A stretch of 61,896 nucleotides of DNA, taken from the NCBI GenBank assembly GCA_964016885.1, contig CAXHJY010001220.1:1-61896 (forward strand), given 5' to 3'. The stretch comes from Eledone cirrhosa (lineage: Eukaryota). A model generated the notes under the pieces. It saw only the letters and a program-made list of their open reading frames with translations. It had not been told where the DNA came from and did no database searches. Numbering within the stretch: position 1 is the first letter of the stretch; each line of letters begins with the position of its first letter. A program made the position numbers and the translations under genes. Shown piece after piece: positions 55,123 through 61,896 of this stretch.

Positions 55123-57441
55123 TTATACTTCTCTTAGGTCAGTGTTGTTTGTTTGGGTGTTGTTGTTGTTCCACTCATTCTTTCTGTTTAGCTTTGGTCT
55201 TCTAATTTCTATTTCACTGGCCTCTCTGATTTGCCTATCTGCTGGGTCATTCCTATGTTTAGATATTATTCTAATTTCTATGTTGTCTATGTTACCGTCA
55301 TGATGTTGTCTAGCATGTTCGTATAGTACTGACCCGTTTTTTCGTCCTTTTAGTTCCCCCCAGTGTTGGTCTATCCTTTCACCTATGCTACGAGCTGTCT
55401 CACCTATGTATGTTGTTGTCGTGTTTCTGCAAGTACCCTCTGTACATCTTATGCTATAGACTACGTTTCTAGTTTTACAGTTTATCCGGGGGTTCACCTT
55501 ACATATGATACATTTCCTATTGGTACAGTGGGTTTTCTTAAAAGGGTAGGTTTTGCTGATCAGGGATTTTATGGTGGTTCCTGGCTTTTCTACCACCTTT
55601 ATTTTTAAGTGGGTCTTTCTCAGGGCCTTTCTACACTGGTTAGCTAATTTCCCTCCAGGGGTGGCGTCCACAAACATGACACTCTGATATCTCTGGTTGT
55701 CGTACCATGATGTGGCCTTCCCTATCTTATGTCTAGCCCTATCTAAGCTATTCCATGATTTGCTCCTGTATAGTGGGCAAATTCCTTTCATGTCCAGTTC
55801 TATGAGGGTCTTATACTTTTCCATGGCTCCTTCGTATACTCTGACTCTGTCTCTTTGGTTGTAGCCAGAGAACTGCATGCGGTTGATGAAGTGTTGGATG
55901 TGTCCTTCCATTTCTGTTGGGTCGCACATGCTGGACACATTCTTCATCACTCGTACCAAATCTGCGATCAGAATATTAAACTTAGCACTACTGGACATTG
56001 CTGAGTTTTTGAGTATCAGGTATTTGGAGGCCATGGGTTTAGCATAGTGTGAGTGGAGAATTTGGGCTCTCTCGTCTATAGTGTTAATCCAGAGTTCTGT
56101 GTCTAATACAGGTAGTCTATTGTTAGGGTGTTTGGAAGGGAAGTCTATAGTTACAGTTATACTCTGGTGTATGGAATTAGCTATCTGCTGGATGCTTTCC
56201 ATCGTGCTACGTTCTAAATCAAACTTGTTAGTGCTCTCTAGTGGGGGTGTTCTTATAACTATATTGATATCGTCTACATAACGAGAGTACATGATGAGGT
56301 CTATGGAGCTTTCATTAAGGAGATCTTTAAGTCTCCTTTCCCACCATACCATGAAAAGGTTGGCAACATCGCCAGCTATGCTGACGCCGATGGCTGCTCC
56401 CTCATTTTGGGTGTAGATTTTCTCATTGAACTTAAATATGTGGCCCTTTAGGGTAGTTTTGATACTAGCCCCTATTGCATGTGCGACCATTTTTCTTACC
56501 TGATCAGTGTTTTGGGGGGTCCGTATAGCTTTGGTCCACCCAATCCACCTTCCTATGGGAGTCTTTTTAGCCATTGAGGTTATGGTGGGGGGTCTACCTC
56601 TTATAGGTCTACTAGGGCAGAAACATCTAAGGTCATGGCTGTCTAGGTAGTCAGTGTCGTAGGTAAGTCTAAGTAGGAGGCCCAGTTCGTCTGTGTCGAC
56701 GTCGCAGAACTCCACCTCACTCTCAATGATCATCTCCACACATCTTTTCACAGCAAAATCAATGTTAATGGATGGGTACAGTGACACCACATCCATGCTG
56801 CCTATTATGCAGTTGGATAGGCTCCTGTTTTTGTTGCACTCACTGATTCTGCTGAGGAGGTCCTCTGTACTTTCACATACATCTGGGGACATCTTGATTA
56901 TGGGGCGTATAACCATTGAGAGGAAGTAGGAGATCCTGTAGTTGCTAGCTATATTAGCTCCGCATACGGGTCTTGTTGGTGGTCCTATTGTCGGGTCGTC
57001 GACTGTCTTGTGGTCTTTGCGGAGCCCATACAAGGGTGGTATGCCATTGTTAGACGCCTGGAAGTTGTTGGCAGTGCGTCTGCTTGGCTTTAGGATGTCA
57101 GTCCACATCATCATGTGAGCGTTGAGGATTTTTTCTCTCCCATCGTGTGTTAGTTGTGCAACTTCGCTCGTGTTGGTGATGTGGGGTTGCATTGCCTCGA
57201 TGTAGTTCGGCATGCTATCTATTGACATCCTACCAGACTTATCTGTGGGTAGACACACTACCTCACCATCCCTTGTGCGCTGCTTGAGGCTAACCAAGCC
57301 TTCTACAGGTTTTATCCCAAGTTGTTGGGCCTCTGGTCTGCTCTGTCTCATAGTGTACCTGTCTACTACTTGTCTAATCTTATTTCTAGCTATGGTGAAC
57401 TGTGCCTCCGTCTCGTCATCTATTTGTTGTGGTATGCAAAC
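55123..57441 (-). CDS. PLE reverse transcriptase + Cys-rich linker + GIY-YIG endonuclease; uninterrupted ~770 codons but 5'-truncated (no native start)
   Basis: TDKSG, PPLYGLRKDHK, PTRPV, SMDVVSLYPSI, GAAIG, RYVDD, LPVLD, YAKPMAS, SGY, CxxxxCxxC linker, VVYSIRC..YIGETARS..R..H..REA..PKLN. Confidence 0.93.
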   Translation of the reverse strand, partial: VCIPQQIDDETEAQFTIARNKIRQVVDRYTMRQSRPEAQQLGIKPVEGLVSLKQRTRDGEVVCLPTDKSGRMSIDSMPNYIEAMQPHITNTSEVAQLTHDGREKILNAHMMMWTDILKPSRRTANNFQASNNGIPPLYGLRKDHKTVDDPTIGPPTRPVCGANIASNYRISYFLSMVIRPIIKMSPDVCESTEDLLSRISECNKNRSLSNCIIGSMDVVSLYPSINIDFAVKRCVEMIIESEVEFCDVDTDELGLLLRLTYDTDYLDSHDLRCFCPSRPIRGRPPTITSMAKKTPIGRWIGWTKAIRTPQNTDQVRKMVAHAIGASIKTTLKGHIFKFNEKIYTQNEGAAIGVSIAGDVANLFMVWWERRLKDLLNESSIDLIMYSRYVDDINIVIRTPPLESTNKFDLERSTMESIQQIANSIHQSITVTIDFPSKHPNNRLPVLDTELWINTIDERAQILHSHYAKPMASKYLILKNSAMSSSAKFNILIADLVRVMKNVSSMCDPTEMEGHIQHFINRMQFSGYNQRDRVRVYEGAMEKYKTLIELDMKGICPLYRSKSWNSLDRARHKIGKATSWYDNQRYQSVMFVDATPGGKLANQCRKALRKTHLKIKVVEKPGTTIKSLISKTYPFKKTHCTNRKCIICKVNPRINCKTRNVVYSIRCTEGTCRNTTTTYIGETARSIGERIDQHWGELKGRKNGSVLYEHARQHHDGNIDNIEIRIISKHRNDPADRQIREASEIEIRRPKLNRKNEWNNNNTQTNNTDLREV

Positions 57442-59758
57442 TTTGCATACCACAACAAATAGATGACGAGACGGAGGCACAGTTCACCATAGCTAGAAAT
57501 AAGATTAGACAAGTAGTAGACAGGTACACTATGAGACAGAGCAGACCAGAGGCCCAACAACTTGGGATAAAACCTGTAGAAGGCTTGGTTAGCCTCAAGC
57601 AGCGCACAAGGGATGGTGAGGTAGTGTGTCTACCCACAGATAAGTCTGGTAGGATGTCAATAGATAGCATGCCGAACTACATCGAGGCAATGCAACCCCA
57701 CATCACCAACACGAGCGAAGTTGCACAACTAACACACGATGGGAGAGAAAAAATCCTCAACGCTCACATGATGATGTGGACTGACATCCTAAAGCCAAGC
57801 AGACGCACTGCCAACAACTTCGAGGCGTCTAACAATGGCATACCACCCTTGTATGGGCTCCGCAAAGACCACAAGACAGTCGACGACCCGACAATAGGAC
57901 CACCAACAAGACCTGTATGCGGAGCTAATATAGCTAGCAACTACAGGATCTCCTACTTCCTCTCAATGGTTATACGCCCCATAATCAAGATGTCCCCAGA
58001 TGTATGTGAAAGTACAGAGGACCTCCTCAGCAGAATCAGTGAGTGCAACAAAAACAGGAGCCTATCCAACTGCATAATAGGCAGCATGGATGTGGTGTCA
58101 CTGTACCCATCCATTAACATTGATTTTGCTGTGAAAAGATGTGTGGAGATGATCATTGAGAGTGAGGTGGAGTTCTGCGACGTCGACACAGACGAACTGG
58201 GCCTCCTACTTAGACTTACCTACGACACTGACTACCTAGACAGCCATGACCTTAGATGTTTCTGCCCTAGTAGACCTATAAGAGGTAGACCCCCCACCAT
58301 AACCTCAATGGCTAAAAAGACTCCCATAGGAAGGTGGATTGGGTGGACCAAAGCTATACGGACCCCCCAAAACACTGATCAGGTAAGAAAAATGGTCGCA
58401 CATGCAATAGGGGCTAGTATCAAAACTACCCTAAAGGGCCACATATTTAAGTTCAATGAGAAAATCTACACCCAAAATGAGGGAGCAGCCATCGGCGTCA
58501 GCATAGCTGGCGATGTTGCCAACCTTTTCATGGTATGGTGGGAAAGGAGACTTAAAGATCTCCTTAATGAAAGCTCCATAGACCTCATCATGTACTCTCG
58601 TTATGTAGACGATATCAATATAGTTATAAGAACACCCCCACTAGAGAGCACTAACAAGTTTGATTTAGAACGTAGCACGATGGAAAGCATCCAGCAGATA
58701 GCTAATTCCATACACCAGAGTATAACTGTAACTATAGACTTCCCTTCCAAACACCCTAACAATAGACTACCTGTATTAGACACAGAACTCTGGATTAACA
58801 CTATAGACGAGAGAGCCCAAATTCTCCACTCACACTATGCTAAACCCATGGCCTCCAAATACCTGATACTCAAAAACTCAGCAATGTCCAGTAGTGCTAA
58901 GTTTAATATTCTGATCGCAGATTTGGTACGAGTGATGAAGAATGTGTCCAGCATGTGCGACCCAACAGAAATGGAAGGACACATCCAACACTTCATCAAC
59001 CGCATGCAGTTCTCTGGCTACAACCAAAGAGACAGAGTCAGAGTATACGAAGGAGCCATGGAAAAGTATAAGACCCTCATAGAACTGGACATGAAAGGAA
59101 TTTGCCCACTATACAGGAGCAAATCATGGAATAGCTTAGATAGGGCTAGACATAAGATAGGGAAGGCCACATCATGGTACGACAACCAGAGATATCAGAG
59201 TGTCATGTTTGTGGACGCCACCCCTGGAGGGAAGTTAGCTAACCAGTGTAGAAAGGCCCTGAGAAAGACCCACTTAAAAATAAAGGTGGTAGAAAAGCCA
59301 GGAACCACCATAAAATCCCTGATCAGCAAAACCTACCCTTTTAAGAAAACCCACTGTACCAATAGGAAATGTATCATATGTAAGGTGAACCCCGGATAAA
59401 CTGTAAAACTAGAAACGTAGTCTATAGCATAAGATGTACAGAGGGTACTTGCAGAAACACGACAACAACATACATAGTTGAGACAGCTCGTAGCATAGGT
59501 GAAAGGATAGACCAACACTGGGGGGAACTAAAAGGACGAAAAAACGGGTCAGTACTATACGAACATGCTAGACAACATCATGACGGTAACATAGACAACA
59601 TAGAAATTAGAATAATATCTAAACATAGGAATGACCCAGCAGATAGGCAAATCAGAGAGGCCAGTGAAATAGAAATTAGAAGACCAAAGCTAAACAGAAA
59701 GAATGAGTGGAACAACAACAACACCCAAACAAACAACACTGACCTAAGAGAAGTATAA
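57441..59758 (+). pseudogene. Mirror copy of the PLE ORF; 1-bp deletion at ~59390 frameshifts off the GIY-YIG domain, and YIG>YIV at 59478
   Basis: GAACCCCGG vs GAACCCCCGG and TACATAGTTGAG vs TACATAGGTGAG in the left arm. Confidence 0.9.
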
Positions 59759-60025
59759 ATAAATAAGTAAATTAAATTAAATAAAATAAGATAAATAAAT
59801 ACATACACAAGCACATAAACACACACTAGTCACCCAGCAGACACAACACTATACACACTAGTCACACATCACACATAACACTATACACACACGCAAACGC
59901 ATGCGCAAAGAAGACAAAATAAAATAAGATAAACAAACAAGCAAATAAATAAATAAATATATAGACAGACTGAACAAAAAAAAAATGGCGTAGACATACA
60001 ACACAACAGGAGGAACAATGAATAT

Positions 60026-60070
60026 AACACCACTGACGATGTTGCAGATGTGCAACGAAAGATTTATGTA
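60026..60070 (+). ncRNA. Hammerhead-like motif in PLE 3' UTR (right arm)
   Basis: CUGACGA-U-GUUGCA(gaug)UGCAAC-GAAA; core and stem II good, stems I/III weak; also at ~18272-18312 (-). Confidence 0.5.
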
Positions 60071-60319
60071 AACTATATATATATGTGTTTGTCTATATTG
60101 TATCTGTATTATTTTTGACCGCCGGTCAGTCAATGGCAACATTGAGGACCGAGTAAGTTAGATCGCAGATATATATATATAAAAGACAGCGAGAAGCGAA
60201 AACCAACCAAACAGTGAGTGTGTTCTGTTATTAATTCTGGCAATATTACGCAAATATGACCCTCCCCAAATATAACAATATCTGTTTCGACACACGATTT
60301 CATATAAAAAACCTCGCAA

Positions 60320-60322
<3 letters not shown>

Positions 60323-60356
<34 letters not shown>

Positions 60357-60445
60357 TATATATATATATACAAATATATATATATACATATATACAAATA
60401 TATATATATACATATATACAAATATATATATATATATACATATAT

Positions 60446-60480
<35 letters not shown>

Positions 60481-60516
60481 AATATATATATATATACAAA
60501 TATATATATATATACA

Positions 60517-60592
<76 letters not shown>

Positions 60593-60653
60593 CATATATA
60601 CAAATATATATATATGTATATATATATACATATATACAAATATATATATATAC

Positions 60654-60715
<62 letters not shown>

Positions 60716-60747
60716 CAAATATATATATATATATATATACAAATATA
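60323..60747. repeat. Compound (TA)n/(TACAAATA) microsatellite
   Basis: Direct inspection. Confidence 0.95.
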
Positions 60748-61675
60748 TTGGGCATCCTAAATTTTTTGAAATGATCTTTCCTAGATGCGATTTGATAGAT
60801 AATTTTTGGCTTTATCTGTTTTTCGACTCTGATGCTTATAATGAACTTGGCAATATATTGTCAATTAATTTTGAAGGGTTGATCTTTGTGGTTTATTTTT
60901 ATTTTTATTATTGTAGTATTTTCTAATATTTTTATTTTTAATATGTAAATTTTTTAATATGTAATATTTTTAATATGTAATATTCTTTCGTAATATTTTT
61001 TAGTTTTCTATTTTATTATTACTTATTATTATTATTATTGTTATTTTTTAGTTTTGTTTCTGATATATATTTTTATTAGTATATTGAAATCTGCTCTCTA
61101 TTTCTGCTTGATAGATAATCTTGTAGAGTAAAGACAGGAATACTAATATTGACTCTATATATATTTGTGTGTATATATATACACATATATGTATACTTAA
61201 ATTTTTATACCACATTGAGAATGTTTTCCGTTTGCAGAGTTGATCATGGAGATTCACATAGATGTTTGTAGTTATCACATAAACATATGAATTTTTTTAA
61301 AAAACTAAACATAAGATCATTAATTTTCACACATTATGGTTACATGTCTCATTCAGGAATACTGATATTTACAATATAGTGGCTGGTTTTATAAATACTA
61401 ATACCTCTACATTAAAACATAGGGTTTTTACGCCTCGCCTATGTCTGGATATTTTTAAATTTTTTCTCTCTCTATATTTTTTCTCTCTCTATATTTTTTC
61501 TCTCTATATATATTTTTTCTCTCTCTATATAACAGCTGGTTTCTCTCCATATATCTCCCTTACATTAATACTAGAGCTAAATAAATAAATAAATAAATAA
61601 ATGTATCATTGATACGTTTACTCAACAGACGTCCCACTACCTAGTTTTCTATATATATGTATCTATCTCTATTTC

Positions 61676-61707
<32 letters not shown>

Positions 61708-61896
61708 CTCTTTCTGTTTCTTTACATGAAGTTCTTCTCTTTATCTATCTTTCCATCTCTCTATTTTGTTCCATGCATTTCTTCTTTTTCTTCTTTTTCT
61801 TCGTTTTCTGTCCTTTTTTCTCTCTTTTTTTCTCTCTTTCTTTCTCTCTGTGTACAATTTTTTCACTACCAAATCAACCTTTTCAAATACAAGTCG

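Larger units (their letters stand above)
54601..60322. mobile_element. Penelope-like element (Neptune-type, family A) as a 5.7-kb palindrome folded at 57441
   Basis: 54601-57440 is the reverse complement of 57442-60281 (~6 differences seen); extra 41-nt tail 60282-60322; (TA)n on both sides. Confidence 0.95.

Noticed and set aside
57402-57480. GTG starts of the 785-aa and 665-aa ORFs
   Set aside because: The first ~13 codons are read through the mirror arm across the palindrome centre; the native N-terminus is missing
59985-60070. Possible SECIS element in the PLE 3' UTR
   Set aside because: No in-frame TGA in the visible ORF and no convincing AUGA/GA quartet with apical AA; the motif fits a hammerhead core better
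55055-60142. Short antisense ORFs overlapping the PLE (e.g. 56081-56281, 57212-57466 and their mirrors)
   Set aside because: Shadow frames of the RT gene, duplicated only because of the palindrome

Overview
AT-rich, repeat-saturated animal genomic DNA. The SINE/LINE/microsatellite mix suggests a mollusc, probably an octopus or other cephalopod (inferred from repeat types only). No complete host gene is visible, only two candidate exons and a decayed coding region at ~49.9-51.5 kb. Most long ORFs in the track are translations of (TA)n-type microsatellites. The main signal is Penelope-like retroelements (PLEs) embedded in (TA)n arrays. The largest is a ~5.7 kb near-perfect palindrome of a 5'-truncated Neptune-type RT + GIY-YIG ORF folded at nt 57441. 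About a dozen smaller insertions from ~8 families share the same asymmetric architecture: one arm carries a 3' tail, and the inverted arm stops at a fixed internal TA-like site. Most of these families carry minimal hammerhead ribozyme motifs, including a U3:A8 core variant. Other content: many tRNA-derived SINEs, a 5.1 kb satellite built from a SINE's tRNA head (~117 Pol III A-boxes), a 33-bp minisatellite inside an RTE relic, (GATA)n-flanked Tx1-like LINE ends, (TATG)n-tailed RTE relatives, CR1/L2-group relics and several MITEs. All coordinates were read by eye and may be off by a few nt.
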